A stretch of DNA of 61,936 bases, filler included. It is 6 parts of 6 records of this genome, joined end to end, with 100 filler letters (N's around TTAATTAATTAA, not from the genome) between each part and the next. Parts side by side here need not be neighbours in the genome. Positions count along the whole stretch, not along the records: positions 15,685 to 36,219 come from SRR31156797_9916; positions 36,320 to 48,221 come from SRR31156797_9924; 4 more parts are not named here. One strand, 5' to 3'. Every line of letters starts with the position of its first letter. Position 1 is the stretch's first letter. The translations under genes and the position numbers were made by a program. The notes under the pieces are model-generated. The model was not told the origin of the DNA and searched no databases. It worked only from the letters and a program-made list of their open reading frames with translations. Positions 29,766 through 40,615 of this stretch are shown one piece after another.

Positions 29766-31640
29766 ATGGCGTCTGATCTTCTGAATGTGGGTACGCAAAG
29801 CGTATTAACCGCTCAGAGACAACTCAATACAACAGGTCATAACATTTCTAATGTTAATACAGAGGGTTACAGCCGTCAGTCTGTGATCCAAGGGACCAAT
29901 ATGCCTCGCCAATACGGTGGACAAACGTATGGCATGGGCGTTCATGTGGACAATGTTCGCCGCTCATGGGATCAGTTTGCCGTTAAAGAGTTAAACATTG
30001 CCACTTCTGACCACTCGTTCAAACGCGATAACGAAGAAAATTTAGAAATGCTGTCTAAGTTGCTTTCTTCGGTTGCTTCTAAAAAAATTCCTGAAAATTT
30101 AAACGAATGGTTTGATGGGGTAAAAACCTTAGCGGATACACCAAATGATGTGGGTGCTCGTAAGGTAGTGCTTGAGAAAGCGAATCTGATCTCTCAAAAC
30201 CTCAATGATTTTCACGAAACGGTTCGTCGACAATATGACGTCACCAACAAAGGTTTAGAAGTCGGTGTTGAACGGGTCAATCAACTTGGTTTGGAGATCC
30301 GCGATTTACAACGTTTGATGATGAAGGTTCCAGGTCCACATAATGATTTGATGGATCAGCACGAAAAATTAGTCGCTGAACTTTCTCAGTACACCAAAGT
30401 GACCGTTACACCGCGTAAAAACGCAGAAGGTTTTAATATTCACATTGGTAATGGTCACACCTTAGTTTCGGGCACTGAAGCAAGCCAACTTAAAATGATG
30501 GATGGCTACCCAGATGTGAAACAACGTCGCCTTGGTATGGTTGAAGGTGGTGCACTTAAACCGATTACCTCTAAAGATATCGGCGGCAAGCTGGGCGCGT
30601 TAATTGAAAATCGCGACGAGCATATCCCGTATCTGATGGATGAGGTTGGCCGTTTGGCGACGTCTTTCTCTTATGAAGTAAACAAGCTTCAAGGTCAAGG
30701 GTTAGATTTACGTGGCGATGTCGGTAAAAACATTTTTACTGATGTTAACTCTGACGTGGTGGCGAAAGCTCGTGTTGTTACTCCTGCAGATTCACAAGCG
30801 GACCTTGCGGTTTATATTGATGATCTCACTCAGTTGGATGGCGGCGAGTATTCACTGTCATACAACGGCAGCGACTACGTAGTGACTCGACCAAGCGGCG
30901 AACAAGTTATTGTGGAAGAAACCAAAGGTAATATCTTTATCGATGGTATGCGCATCCAAATTAATAACGATCCGGAACGTGGTGAGCGCGTGATCATACG
31001 TCCAACACGGAACGGGGCAAAAGACATTAAGTTGGTGACATCTGATCCGGCAAAAATTGCCGCTCAAAGTTATGAAGCTTCCACGACCGAAGCGCAGGGC
31101 ACTGCAAAGTTCAAAATTCTTGAGGCGGGTGAAGTTCGAGAGTTTGAAGTTATCGTTTCTCCTTTAGGCGATCAGTTCGCAGTCACAGACACTAAAGGCA
31201 ATATTTTGCTGGAGCCGCAAGAGTACCCACCATCAGGACCTGTGAATGTCCGTGGCACCGTGTTTGAGTTGACCGGTGGAGCAATGCCAGACGATAAGTT
31301 TACGGCAAACCTTGTCGCTTCCGAAGGTGACAACGGCAACTTACGTAAGATGATCAACGTACAAACTGCCAAAGAGATGAATGACAACCAGTCAACCATC
31401 ATCGATCTCTACCATGACCTCAATACGGATTTTGGTTTGAAGCTTTCTACGGCATCACGTTTGACGGATGTATCACGTCTTGAAAAACAGGCGGCGGAAG
31501 AGCGAATTGCCTCAGTCTCTGGGGTGAACTTAGACGAAGAAGCGGCAAACATGATGAAGTTCCAACAAGCTTACATCGCTTCTTCACGCATCATTCAAGC
31601 ATCGAATGATACTTTCAATACGATTTTACAGTTGAGATAG
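29766..31640 (+). CDS. flgK: Hook-associated protein FlgK
   Basis: GHNISNVNTEGYSRQ, SGVNLDEEAANM. Confidence 0.96.
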   Translation: MASDLLNVGTQSVLTAQRQLNTTGHNISNVNTEGYSRQSVIQGTNMPRQYGGQTYGMGVHVDNVRRSWDQFAVKELNIATSDHSFKRDNEENLEMLSKLLSSVASKKIPENLNEWFDGVKTLADTPNDVGARKVVLEKANLISQNLNDFHETVRRQYDVTNKGLEVGVERVNQLGLEIRDLQRLMMKVPGPHNDLMDQHEKLVAELSQYTKVTVTPRKNAEGFNIHIGNGHTLVSGTEASQLKMMDGYPDVKQRRLGMVEGGALKPITSKDIGGKLGALIENRDEHIPYLMDEVGRLATSFSYEVNKLQGQGLDLRGDVGKNIFTDVNSDVVAKARVVTPADSQADLAVYIDDLTQLDGGEYSLSYNGSDYVVTRPSGEQVIVEETKGNIFIDGMRIQINNDPERGERVIIRPTRNGAKDIKLVTSDPAKIAAQSYEASTTEAQGTAKFKILEAGEVREFEVIVSPLGDQFAVTDTKGNILLEPQEYPPSGPVNVRGTVFELTGGAMPDDKFTANLVASEGDNGNLRKMINVQTAKEMNDNQSTIIDLYHDLNTDFGLKLSTASRLTDVSRLEKQAAEERIASVSGVNLDEEAANMMKFQQAYIASSRIIQASNDTFNTILQLR

Positions 31641-31652
31641 GGAGGAATATGA

Positions 31653-32846
31653 ATGTTAAACCGAATTTCTAGTTTCCATAACTATCAATCTGTTCAGAAC
31701 GACATGCGTCGTCAGGAATCAAAAGTTCATCATAATCAGGCGCAATTGGCGTCTGGTAAGAAACTTCTGTCAGCAGCGGATAATCCGTTAGCGACCCATT
31801 ACATTCAAAATGTATCGCAGCAGGAAGAGCAGTTACGCCAATACCTGGATGCTATCACTCTGGTAAGAAACCGACTTGAGCATCAGGAAGTGATTGTCAC
31901 CAATGCAGAAGACTTTGCCGATAAAGCAAAACGCAACGTGATGGAAATGATCAACGGTTCCCTTTCTCCGGAAGACCGTGGCGCATTGGCTCGTCAGATC
32001 CAGGAGATCTCGAATAACTTCCTAAACCTAGCAAACGTTCAGGACGAAATGGGGAACTACATTTTTGCCGGTACTAAGCCTAAGAATCAGCCATTTTTCC
32101 GTGATAACGCGGGCAATGTGACATATTCGGGTGATGATTATCAGCGAAAAATGAAGATTTCCAACAGTTTGGAAATTCCATTTAACACGCCGGGCAGCAA
32201 GATTTTCATGGAAATTGAAAATCCATTTGGTGATTACGAACCTAATTATGCTCTGCAAGAAGGCTCAGAACTGCTGTTAGAGCGTGCGACTAACTCCAAT
32301 ATTGATGATACGGCAACTTATAACCTGACGTTTGTTGATATGGAAAACGGCAAGTTTGGTTATCAGTTAGAGCGTAACGGTAGTGTGGTTCAGGCTGATG
32401 AGTTCGATCCTAGCGTGGGCATTGAATATGAAGGTTTGTCGATTGCGGTTAAAGGACAAATCACGAAAGGTGACTCGATCTCGATAGAGCCACGTCAGAC
32501 CTACAGTATTTTCGACAGTTTTAGAGATGCGATTGAGTTGTCTTCCAACTCAGTGGCTGATGCTTCATCAACGGCAAAGTTACACCAGGTTGTTGAAGAG
32601 CTGCATACCGCGTTTATCCATTTGAACAAAGCACATACTAATATCGGTGCTAGCTTAAGTACTCTGGATATTCAGGAAGAGCAGCACGAGGATTTTAAAA
32701 TTAGCTTGGCAAAGTCTAAGAGTCAGTTTGAAGATCTGGACTACGCAGAAGCGGTGATTGAGTTCAATGAGAACTCGCGAGCGCTGCAAGCCTCCCAGCA
32801 AGCATTTGGTAAAACAAAAGATCTAACTCTGTTCAATTACATCTAA
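31653..32846 (+). CDS. flgL: Hook-associated protein FlgL
   Basis: QLASGKK, GNYIFAG, EDLDYAEA, LTLFNYI. Confidence 0.96.
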   Translation: MLNRISSFHNYQSVQNDMRRQESKVHHNQAQLASGKKLLSAADNPLATHYIQNVSQQEEQLRQYLDAITLVRNRLEHQEVIVTNAEDFADKAKRNVMEMINGSLSPEDRGALARQIQEISNNFLNLANVQDEMGNYIFAGTKPKNQPFFRDNAGNVTYSGDDYQRKMKISNSLEIPFNTPGSKIFMEIENPFGDYEPNYALQEGSELLLERATNSNIDDTATYNLTFVDMENGKFGYQLERNGSVVQADEFDPSVGIEYEGLSIAVKGQITKGDSISIEPRQTYSIFDSFRDAIELSSNSVADASSTAKLHQVVEELHTAFIHLNKAHTNIGASLSTLDIQEEQHEDFKISLAKSKSQFEDLDYAEAVIEFNENSRALQASQQAFGKTKDLTLFNYI

Positions 32847-33079
32847 CCGTAAAGCCATATGTGCCATGCCGTATGTGCGAGTTCGATGTAAATGAAATAG
32901 GAGTGGTTTTCGCTGCGTTATTAGATATTAAATTTATCAATAATTAAGCGGCAATCATGCGGCAATATTAAGTTGCCGCTTTGCAGAAAATTCTCGATGG
33001 AATAAACATATCTTAGAGAATTTAAATGTAAGTTATTGAATTTTTGTGGTTTAAAAAATAATCACAATGACTTTTAAAG

Positions 33080-33096
33080 TTGGCACACATATTGAA
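33080..33096 (+). promoter_or_regulatory. sigma54 promoter of the first flagellin (non-consensus -12 GA)
   Basis: TTGGCACACATATTGAA. Confidence 0.7.
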
Positions 33097-33238
33097 TTGT
33101 CAATAGTAGTGTTAATTAAACAATTTTTTAAATCGGCACATGTTGCAGATTTAGCAAGTTATTTACGGTCAGTGCTTCCATTGAGAGTAAAGCTGACCGC
33201 TTCGCAAAAAGCTTGCGGACTCGACAGGAGAGCAAACT

Positions 33239-34378
33239 ATGACCATTAATGTAAATACTAACGTGTCGGCAATGACAGCGCAGCGTTATCTCAACAAAGC
33301 GTCAAATGACCTGAACACATCTATGGAACGTTTATCATCTGGTAACCGCATTAACAGTGCGAAAGATGATGCAGCGGGTCTGCAAATTTCTAACCGATTG
33401 ACTGCTCAGTCTCGTGGTTTGGATGTCGCAATGCGTAACGCCAACGATGGTATTTCGATTGCACAAACGGCGGAAGGTGCAATGAATGAGTCAACCAGCA
33501 TTCTACAACGTATGCGTGACCTTTCTCTTCAATCGGCTAACGGTACAAACTCACTTTCAGAGCGTAAAGCATTGAATGAGGAAGTGTCAGCGCTACAGGA
33601 TGAATTAAACCGTATCGCAGAAACTACTTCATTTGGTGGCCGTAAGCTACTTAACGGCTCATTTGGTGAAGCATCATTCCAGATTGGTTCAAGTTCTGGT
33701 GAGGCAATCATCATGGGGCTAACCAGTATTCGTGCTGACGATACCCGAATGGGCGGCATGGAATATCTAGCCGAAAATGGCAAGACAAAAGACTGGGGTG
33801 TGCAACCGCAAGCTCGTGACCTTAAGTTTGAATTCGTAGGCAAAGATGGCGAGCCTGTGTCTGTTGATATTCTTGCTAAAGAAGGCGATGACATTGAAGA
33901 AGTAGCGACTTACATCAATGGTCAAACTGATATCTTTAAAGCATCAGTAGACCAAGATGGCAAGCTACAGATCTTCATCGCTGAGCCTGATCTTGCACAA
34001 GACTTTAATATCAGCGGAGGTCTAGCGGGTGAGTTAGGATTGAACACTGAAAGCGGTAACTACGTTACGGTTCAAGATATTGATGTCACGTCTGTGGGTG
34101 GCTCTCAGAATGCGGTCGGTATCATCGATGCGGCATTGAAGTATGTGGACTCACAACGTGCTGACTTAGGTGCGAAACAAAATCGTCTAAGCCACAGTAT
34201 TAGCAACCTTGCGAACATTCAGGAAAACGTTGAAGCGTCTAAGAGCCGCATCAAAGATACCGACTTCGCGAAGGAAACTACGCAACTTACAAAATCTCAA
34301 ATTCTGCAACAGGCGGGTACTTCGATTCTCGCCCAAGCGAAACAGTTGCCAAACTCTGCAATTTCATTATTGCAATAG
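33239..34378 (+). CDS. flaA: Polar flagellin, V. cholerae FlaA type (called FlaC in some Vibrio species)
   Basis: [46 protein letters not shown]. Located after flgL with a sigma54 promoter. Confidence 0.9.
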   Translation: MTINVNTNVSAMTAQRYLNKASNDLNTSMERLSSGNRINSAKDDAAGLQISNRLTAQSRGLDVAMRNANDGISIAQTAEGAMNESTSILQRMRDLSLQSANGTNSLSERKALNEEVSALQDELNRIAETTSFGGRKLLNGSFGEASFQIGSSSGEAIIMGLTSIRADDTRMGGMEYLAENGKTKDWGVQPQARDLKFEFVGKDGEPVSVDILAKEGDDIEEVATYINGQTDIFKASVDQDGKLQIFIAEPDLAQDFNISGGLAGELGLNTESGNYVTVQDIDVTSVGGSQNAVGIIDAALKYVDSQRADLGAKQNRLSHSISNLANIQENVEASKSRIKDTDFAKETTQLTKSQILQQAGTSILAQAKQLPNSAISLLQ

Positions 34379-34609
34379 TAACTGGAACCTTCATTAATAA
34401 GCTTAGACGTAGGCGTGTAATGAAGGAACCTTGGCAATGTATGTTTGTTTGAAGGTAGCAAGCTCTCTCAATCAACACCCTGCTTGTTATTGAATAATAA
34501 TCATACGCCCCTGGTTGGCCAAGATGTGTTCATTTCTCTTGATCTCCACATTGGCAATGGCTACCACCAACAGCCCCGGTTCTCTCAAAGGAAAAGGGGC
34601 TTTTCTTTT
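34379..34609 (+). ncRNA. flaX: Probable FlaX-like sRNA in the flaA 3' region
   Basis: ~230-nt non-coding extension after flaA ending in AGCCCC-loop-GGGGCTTTTCTTTT. Same position as V. cholerae FlaX. 5' end uncertain. Confidence 0.6.
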
Positions 34610-34749
34610 ATCTAAAATTTACCCACCACCGTTCGCTGTTTTCCTACGCTCGATTCCTCTCTCGGCTACTTGTTATTAATTCAGTACTTATTTTATTGAT
34701 TTTAAAGTGATAACTGTGTCGCATTTAATTTTTATATCCTTAGTTTTTC

Positions 34750-34776
34750 TAAAGGTAATCACTGATCCGCCGCTAA
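34750..34776 (+). promoter_or_regulatory. sigma28 promoter of second flagellin
   Basis: TAAA-N15-GCCGCTAA. Confidence 0.82.
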
Positions 34777-34865
34777 TAAAGATACTTTGAGAGAACAACT
34801 AGGTTTTTCGAGACGTCGGAAACCACTCGGGAGTTCCACTTCGAAAAATCATAGGAGAGGCAATT

Positions 34866-36005
34866 ATGGCAGTGAACGTAAATACTAATGTGTCAGCAAT
34901 GACAGCTCAGCGTTACTTAAATAGCGCGACAAGTGCTCAACAAACATCAATGGAGCGATTGTCTTCTGGTTCTAAAATTAATAGCGCTAAAGACGATGCC
35001 GCTGGCCTACAGATCTCAAACCGATTAAACGTACAAAGCCGTGGTTTGGATGTAGCAGTACGAAATGCAAACGATGGTATCTCTATGGCACAAACCGCTG
35101 AAGGTGCAATGAACGAAACCACAAACATCCTGCAACGTATTCGTGATTTATCACTACAGTCAGCCAACGGTTCAAACTCAAAGGCAGAGCGTGTAGCAAT
35201 TCAGGAAGAAATTTCATCAATGAACGATGAATTAAATCGTATCGCTGAAACGACGTCCTTTGCCGGTGGTAAATTACTTAACGGTACGTTTGAAAGTAAG
35301 TCGTTCCAAATTGGTGCTGATAGCGGTGAAGCGGTTATGCTTACCTTAAGCAACATGCGTAGCGATAATGAAAAAATGGGTGGTATGAGTTATCAGGCTG
35401 CTAATGGTCAAAATAAAGACTGGGCTGTTCAATCACAAAACAACGACCTAACCATTACTCTAAACGACAAATATGAAGGTGAGAAAACCATCAATATCTC
35501 CGCTAAAGCCGGTGATGATATTGAAGAGTTGGCAACCTACATTAATGGTCAAACTGATATGGTTAAAGCTTCTGTTGATGAAGAGGGCAGGCTGCAGTTG
35601 TTCACGGCAGCAGATAAAGTTGAAGGACAGGCGCAGTTTGGCGGTTCACTGGCTGGTGAGTTAGGCTTAGGTGAAGGTGAAAATAAAGCGGTAACCGTAA
35701 ACAACATTGACGTAACCAGCGTTGGTGGTGCCCAACAGTCTGTCGCTATTGTTGATGCTGCATTGAAGTTTGTCGATAGCCACCGTTCAGAACTTGGTGC
35801 TTTCCAGAACCGCTTTAATCATGCAATCAGCAACTTAGATAACATTAACGAAAACGTAAATGCATCTAAGAGCCGAATCAAAGATACGGACTTTGCGAAA
35901 GAAACCACTGCACTAACTAAGTCTCAAATTCTTGGTCAGGCATCTAGTACGGTATTGGCTCAAGCGAAACAAGCACCTAACGCAGCTTTGTCGTTGCTTG
36001 GTTAG
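34866..36005 (+). CDS. flaC: Polar flagellin, V. cholerae FlaC type
   Basis: [18 protein letters not shown], flagellin N and C domains. sigma28 promoter. Naming is species-dependent. Confidence 0.85.
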   Translation: MAVNVNTNVSAMTAQRYLNSATSAQQTSMERLSSGSKINSAKDDAAGLQISNRLNVQSRGLDVAVRNANDGISMAQTAEGAMNETTNILQRIRDLSLQSANGSNSKAERVAIQEEISSMNDELNRIAETTSFAGGKLLNGTFESKSFQIGADSGEAVMLTLSNMRSDNEKMGGMSYQAANGQNKDWAVQSQNNDLTITLNDKYEGEKTINISAKAGDDIEELATYINGQTDMVKASVDEEGRLQLFTAADKVEGQAQFGGSLAGELGLGEGENKAVTVNNIDVTSVGGAQQSVAIVDAALKFVDSHRSELGAFQNRFNHAISNLDNINENVNASKSRIKDTDFAKETTALTKSQILGQASSTVLAQAKQAPNAALSLLG

Positions 36006-36023
36006 AGTCCATCACTCATTATT

Positions 36024-36051
36024 AAAAGATCCAGCTTCGGCTGGATTTTTT
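36024..36051 (+). terminator. Terminator after second flagellin
   Basis: GATCCAGC-TTCG-GCTGGATTTTTT. Confidence 0.9.
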
Positions 36052-36163
36052 ATATCTATTGTTTGCTGAGTCATCATGATAAAGCGATGGGGAAACTGAG
36101 TGAAGTGACAGCTTATGTAGGTTGGTATTCAAAAGTTGTTGAATACCAACGTTCAGATAAAAC

Positions 36164-36187
36164 AAAACCCAGCATAAGCTGGGTTTT
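36164..36187 (-). terminator. Terminator after tRNA
   Basis: AAAACCCAGC-ttat-GCTGGGTTTT. Confidence 0.8.
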
Positions 36188-36194
36188 ATAATAA

Positions 36195-36219
36195 TGGTGC
36201 GGAAGGGGAGACTTGAACT
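36195..36219 (-). tRNA. 3' fragment of a tRNA, probably tRNA-Leu
   Basis: Minus strand AGTTCAAGTCTCCCCTTCCGCACCA is a T-loop, acceptor stem and CCA. The anticodon is cut off by the contig end. Confidence 0.75.
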
Positions 36220-36319
36220 NNNNNNNNNNNNNNNNNNNNNNNNNNNNNNNNNNNNNNNNNNNNTTAATTAATTAANNNNNNNNNNNNNNNNNNNNNNNNN
36301 NNNNNNNNNNNNNNNNNNN
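36220..36319. other. Artificial contig-joining spacer
   Basis: N44-TTAATTAATTAA-N44. Confidence 0.99.
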
Positions 36320-36340
36320 CTGAGTTACCAGGAAAAAAGA

Positions 36341-37375
36341 ATGGATAAACGAACAAAAGCGCCAGAGAGAATCGGAGTCGTGGGAGCAGGCAGCTGGGGC
36401 ACGGCCCTTGCGAACCTCCTTGCAACAAAGGGGTACATGGTCGACCTGTGGGCCTATGAAACCGAGGTAAAGCAGGACATTCTGGAACACCGGGAAAACA
36501 AGCTGTTCCTTCCCGGAGTCACCCTGTCCGACCGTATCGTCCCGTCCAACGATCTTGAAGCGGTCGTGAAGCGAAACGAGATGATTCTCATCGTCGTCCC
36601 CTCCCACACCATGCGAAGCGTGGCCGAGCAGATGGCGGGCCACATCTCAAAGGAAACCATCCTGATCACGGCATCCAAGGGGATCGAGGACGGGACCTAT
36701 CTCACCATGTTCGGGGTCCTTGAGCAGACCCTTCCCACCCTGGATTCGGACAACCTAGTCGTCCTGTCCGGCCCGAGCTTTGCCAGGGAAGTTGCGGACA
36801 AGGTTCCCACGGCCATCAGCATCGCCTCGAAAAACATCGAGGTGGCAACCCATGTCCAGCACATTTTTGCCACGGACTATTTCAGGGTCTATGTCAATGA
36901 CGATCCCATCGGGCTCGAGCTCGGGGGGGCCGTGAAAAACGTGATCGCCATTGCCGCAGGCTTTGTGGACGGCATGGAACTGGGCCTCAACACCCGGGCG
37001 GCTGTCATCACCCGGGGGCTTGCCGAGATCAGGCGCCTTGGTATGAAAATGGGGGCCAACCCCCACACCTTTTCCGGGCTCTCGGGGGTGGGGGACCTGA
37101 TCCTCACCTGCACCGGCGACCTGAGCCGTAACTACACCGTGGGCAAGGAGCTGGGCCAGGGAAAAACCATTGCCGAAATCCAGGCCAAAAGACGCACGGT
37201 GGCCGAAGGGGTGAGAAACACCAAATCGGTGTATAACCTTGCAAAGAAACTGGGTATCGAGCTGCCCATCATCAACGAGGTGTACAAGGCCCTCTATGAG
37301 GAGTCCACCCCGGGAGAAGCCGTAAAACGGCTCATGACACGGCCCCTGGGCCACGAGACAAGCGAACTTTTTTAG
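36341..37375 (+). CDS. gpsA: NAD(P)H-dependent glycerol-3-phosphate dehydrogenase
   Basis: GAGSWGTALA, ASKGIE, LSGPSFA, GAVKNVIAIA, GDLILTC, SRN. Confidence 0.96.
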   Translation: MDKRTKAPERIGVVGAGSWGTALANLLATKGYMVDLWAYETEVKQDILEHRENKLFLPGVTLSDRIVPSNDLEAVVKRNEMILIVVPSHTMRSVAEQMAGHISKETILITASKGIEDGTYLTMFGVLEQTLPTLDSDNLVVLSGPSFAREVADKVPTAISIASKNIEVATHVQHIFATDYFRVYVNDDPIGLELGGAVKNVIAIAAGFVDGMELGLNTRAAVITRGLAEIRRLGMKMGANPHTFSGLSGVGDLILTCTGDLSRNYTVGKELGQGKTIAEIQAKRRTVAEGVRNTKSVYNLAKKLGIELPIINEVYKALYEESTPGEAVKRLMTRPLGHETSELF

Positions 37376-37378
37376 AGA

Positions 37379-38167
37379 ATGAAACGATTTGACGCCCATT
37401 GCCACCTCCAGGACCCGCGGCTGGCCCCCCGGCTTTCCCGGATCCTCCAAACCTGGAGCAGCTCCGGGGGCGGGTTTCTCGTCTCCTGCGGGACACAGGA
37501 ATCGGACTGGGCGGACCTCATGGCCATTGCGGGGAGAGCTGACACGGTTCTCCCCTGCTTCGGTGTCCACCCCTGGTATGTGGACACCGTCTCCCCGGCC
37601 TGGGAGGAGACCCTTGAACGCTATTTAAGGCGCATTCCCTCGGGGGTGGGCGAAATCGGCCTCGACTTCACCGGCGCCACCCCGGACCGGCAGTTGCAGG
37701 AAACCGTGTTCAAAAGTCAGCTGGCCCTGGCACACACCCAGGGCCTTCCCGTATCCATTCACATCCGAAAGGCCTGGGACAGCTTCATCCGAATCCTTAA
37801 GCATATGGGCCCCCTGGCCGGCGGGGGACTGATCCACTCCTTTTCCGGCTCCGCGGACATGGTGCCCCTGTTTGAGCGCCACAATCTTTATATCTCGTTT
37901 TCAGGGGCGGTCACCAACCCCGGCAACAAAAAGGTCGCCAGGGCCTTGAAAGCGGTCTCCCCGGACCACCTCCTCATGGAGACGGACAGCCCGGATCTTC
38001 TGCCGCGGCTGCCGGAGCCCGTGGAAGACGGGATCAACACCCCGGCAAACCTCCGGGTGGTGGCGGAAGCCGCGGCAACCCTCCTCGAGGTTCCCCCGGC
38101 AACCCTGATTCAGCAGACCTTTGACAACGGGACCCGGCTGTTCACCCCCCTCATCAACCCTGTGTGA
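37379..38167 (+). CDS. tatD: TatD-family hydrolase
   Basis: DAHCHL, GVHPW, GEIGLD, IHSFSG, ETDSP. Confidence 0.93.
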   Translation: MKRFDAHCHLQDPRLAPRLSRILQTWSSSGGGFLVSCGTQESDWADLMAIAGRADTVLPCFGVHPWYVDTVSPAWEETLERYLRRIPSGVGEIGLDFTGATPDRQLQETVFKSQLALAHTQGLPVSIHIRKAWDSFIRILKHMGPLAGGGLIHSFSGSADMVPLFERHNLYISFSGAVTNPGNKKVARALKAVSPDHLLMETDSPDLLPRLPEPVEDGINTPANLRVVAEAAATLLEVPPATLIQQTFDNGTRLFTPLINPV

Positions 38168-39788
38168 TACGATCGCCGGTGCGCAGCACCTTCCGGTCGA
38201 ATTTGCCAATGCCGGTCTTGGGAATCTCGTCAACGAACTCCACAATCTCCGGCACCTTGTAGGCGGCAAGCTGGCGCCGGCAATGCTCCCTTACCTGGTA
38301 CACGGTCAGGGAGGTATCCGGCTTGAGCACCACATAGGTCTTGACCGTCTCCCCTGAGGTTTCGTGGGGAACGCCCACGGTGCAGGCCTCCTGGATATTT
38401 TCCAGCTGGTAGACCACCTCGTCGATCTCCCTGGGATAGACGGTGAATCCGTTCCGGATCACCACATCCATCTTACGGTCCAGGATCTGGACAAACCCCT
38501 CCTCGTCCATGCACCCGATATCCCCGGTATAAAGATACCCGTCATCGGTAAAGGCCTGTTCGGTTTCCCCGGGGTTATTCCAGTACCGCTCCATGACCTG
38601 GGGCCCCTTGGCAACGATCTCCCCGGGCTCGTCCACGGGCATCTCGAACCGGCCGCTCTCGCTGTCAACGATCTTCACCACGGTATTCGGCAGGGGCAGG
38701 CCCACGCTTCCCTCCTTGATGTTATCAACAGGGTTCATGGTGATGAGGTTGGTGGTTTCCGCCGTGCCATACCCCTCCATCACCGGAGCGCCGGAAAGCG
38801 CCTTGAGCCGCCGCATCTCCTCCAGGGGAAGGGCGGCCGCCCCGCAGAAGAAGGCCTTGATCTTGTCGATCTTTGAATCAGGGGTGTCCTCATGGTTGAT
38901 CACCATGTTGACAAGCCGGGGCACGGTGCACCAGATGGTGGGTTCGTGGCGGTTGATGTTGTAAAGGATCAATTCGGGCTCAGCCTTTGTCACCAGAATG
39001 ATGGTGCCCCCGCCGAACAAGGTCAGGTTCACGCTGGTGTTCCAGCCGTACACATGGAACAGGGGAACCACGCACAGGTTTCTCACCTCTTCCGGGGGAC
39101 AGGCGCCGGCGATCCATGTGCCGTACTGGCGGCACATGGCCATAATGTTGCGGTTGGTCAGGCAGCACGCCTTGGACACCCCGGTGGTCCCGCCGGTGTA
39201 CTGGAGCATGGCCACGTCCCCGGGAGAAATCTCCACCTCTGGTTCGGCTGGGGACGCGTTGGCAAGGAGGGTCTCAAAATCAAACACCGATTCGGTTTCC
39301 TCCACGATGGCTTCCCCCCTGGGGGTGACCACGATCACGGTTTCCAGCAGGCAGCCGGGATCCTTCTGAAGCTCAAAGGCCTTTTCAGCGATCCGTGTGT
39401 AGACGATGAGGATGGTTGCGCCGGAATCGTTGATCTGCTGTTTCAGCTCCGGCACCGTGTAAAGGGTGTTGAGCCCCACATTGATGGTGCCGGCCTTGTA
39501 CCCCGCCTGGATGGCGATAACGTGCTGGGGGATATTGGGCATGAGAAAGGCGACCCGGTCGCCCTTTTTCACCCCCAGTTTTCCAAGGCCGTTGGCCAGC
39601 CGGCAGGCAAGCTCGTTAACCTCGGCGTAGGAGAGAGTCTCTGGGTTATAAATCAGGTAGGGTTTCTCCGGAAACCGTCCCACGTTTTCCTTGAAAAAGT
39701 CTCTCACGGGCCTGTCGGGGATGTCGATATCATGGGGAATCCCCTTGCCGTAACTCTTGAGCCAGAACCTTTTCTCATATAGTGACAT
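38154..39788 (-). CDS. Long-chain fatty acid-CoA ligase (FadD-like)
   Basis: YTGGTTGVSKA, EGYGTAE, TGDIG, LAAYKVP. Start 39788 follows SD AAGGAG. Confidence 0.92.
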   Translation of the reverse strand: MSLYEKRFWLKSYGKGIPHDIDIPDRPVRDFFKENVGRFPEKPYLIYNPETLSYAEVNELACRLANGLGKLGVKKGDRVAFLMPNIPQHVIAIQAGYKAGTINVGLNTLYTVPELKQQINDSGATILIVYTRIAEKAFELQKDPGCLLETVIVVTPRGEAIVEETESVFDFETLLANASPAEPEVEISPGDVAMLQYTGGTTGVSKACCLTNRNIMAMCRQYGTWIAGACPPEEVRNLCVVPLFHVYGWNTSVNLTLFGGGTIILVTKAEPELILYNINRHEPTIWCTVPRLVNMVINHEDTPDSKIDKIKAFFCGAAALPLEEMRRLKALSGAPVMEGYGTAETTNLITMNPVDNIKEGSVGLPLPNTVVKIVDSESGRFEMPVDEPGEIVAKGPQVMERYWNNPGETEQAFTDDGYLYTGDIGCMDEEGFVQILDRKMDVVIRNGFTVYPREIDEVVYQLENIQEACTVGVPHETSGETVKTYVVLKPDTSLTVYQVREHCRRQLAAYKVPEIVEFVDEIPKTGIGKFDRKVLRTGDRITQG

Positions 39789-39976
39789 GACGCTCTCCTT
39801 TATGAATTCAATGGCAAAACACAAAACTAAGGAACTGCTTTGTTCCTATGCATATGCATTGTTCAAGTCAAGGAAAAAAACTTTTTCTGAAATCTATTGT
39901 CAGAACCCTGTTCTCCTGATAGATTTTCTATTTTGTTTTTAATCGTATGAATCAAAACCCCATAGAGGAACCGACT

Positions 39977-40537
39977 ATGAAGAGTACAACGCCTGTCTAC
40001 AAGGAGATCGCTGCAAGACTCCAAGGCCTCAGGGACGCTGTGGACCTCACCACCAAAGAGATGGCAGAAAAGCTGAACATGACGGAACAGAGCATCATCG
40101 ACTATGAATCCGGCACCATGGATATCCCGGTCAGCTACCTTTTTTCCGTTGCAAAGACCTTTAATATGGATCCCACCGTACTCATGTCCGGGGATGAATC
40201 CCATCTTCACAACTACTCGCTTGTCAAGCGGGAAAACGTGATGGCGGTTGAACGGCGCAAGGACTACGACTACCACAGCCTGGCCTACCGGTTCTCCGGC
40301 AGGAAAATGGAACCCTTCCGGGTGATCGTTCCGCCCAAGACCAAGGAGGAACTCACCTTCAACGACCACCCGGGCCAGGAGTTCATCCATATCCTGGAGG
40401 GACGGCTCGAGGTTGTTCTGGGGACGGAGACCATTGTCATGGAACCCGGCGACAGTCTCTACTTCAATTCACACATTCCCCACGCCATGCGCGGACTTGA
40501 CCAGAAAAGCGCCACCTTTCTGGATGTGCTTGCATGA
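39977..40537 (+). CDS. XRE-family HTH regulator with cupin domain
   Basis: N-terminal HTH (RLQGLR..EMAEKL..YESG), cupin HPGQEFIHILEG, GDSLYFNSHIPH. Confidence 0.92.
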   Translation: MKSTTPVYKEIAARLQGLRDAVDLTTKEMAEKLNMTEQSIIDYESGTMDIPVSYLFSVAKTFNMDPTVLMSGDESHLHNYSLVKRENVMAVERRKDYDYHSLAYRFSGRKMEPFRVIVPPKTKEELTFNDHPGQEFIHILEGRLEVVLGTETIVMEPGDSLYFNSHIPHAMRGLDQKSATFLDVLA

Positions 40538-40615
40538 CCCCGAACCATCGGCCAAGCACCCTATGAATATGGAAAGCCCCGGTCTTATCAATTTTTAACA
40601 TGGAGTTAATCTTGT

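Noticed and set aside
33133..33147. Second GGCAC...TTGC near flaA
   Set aside because: GG to GC spacing is 8, not the 10 required by sigma54.
33239..36005. Long DNA similarity between 33239-34378 and 34866-36005
   Set aside because: Ordinary paralogous flagellins.
36755..39782. Long antisense ORFs (271 aa, 296 aa and many others in the GC-rich fragments)
   Set aside because: Shadow frames of well-supported genes, expected from GC3-biased codon usage. No recognisable motifs.
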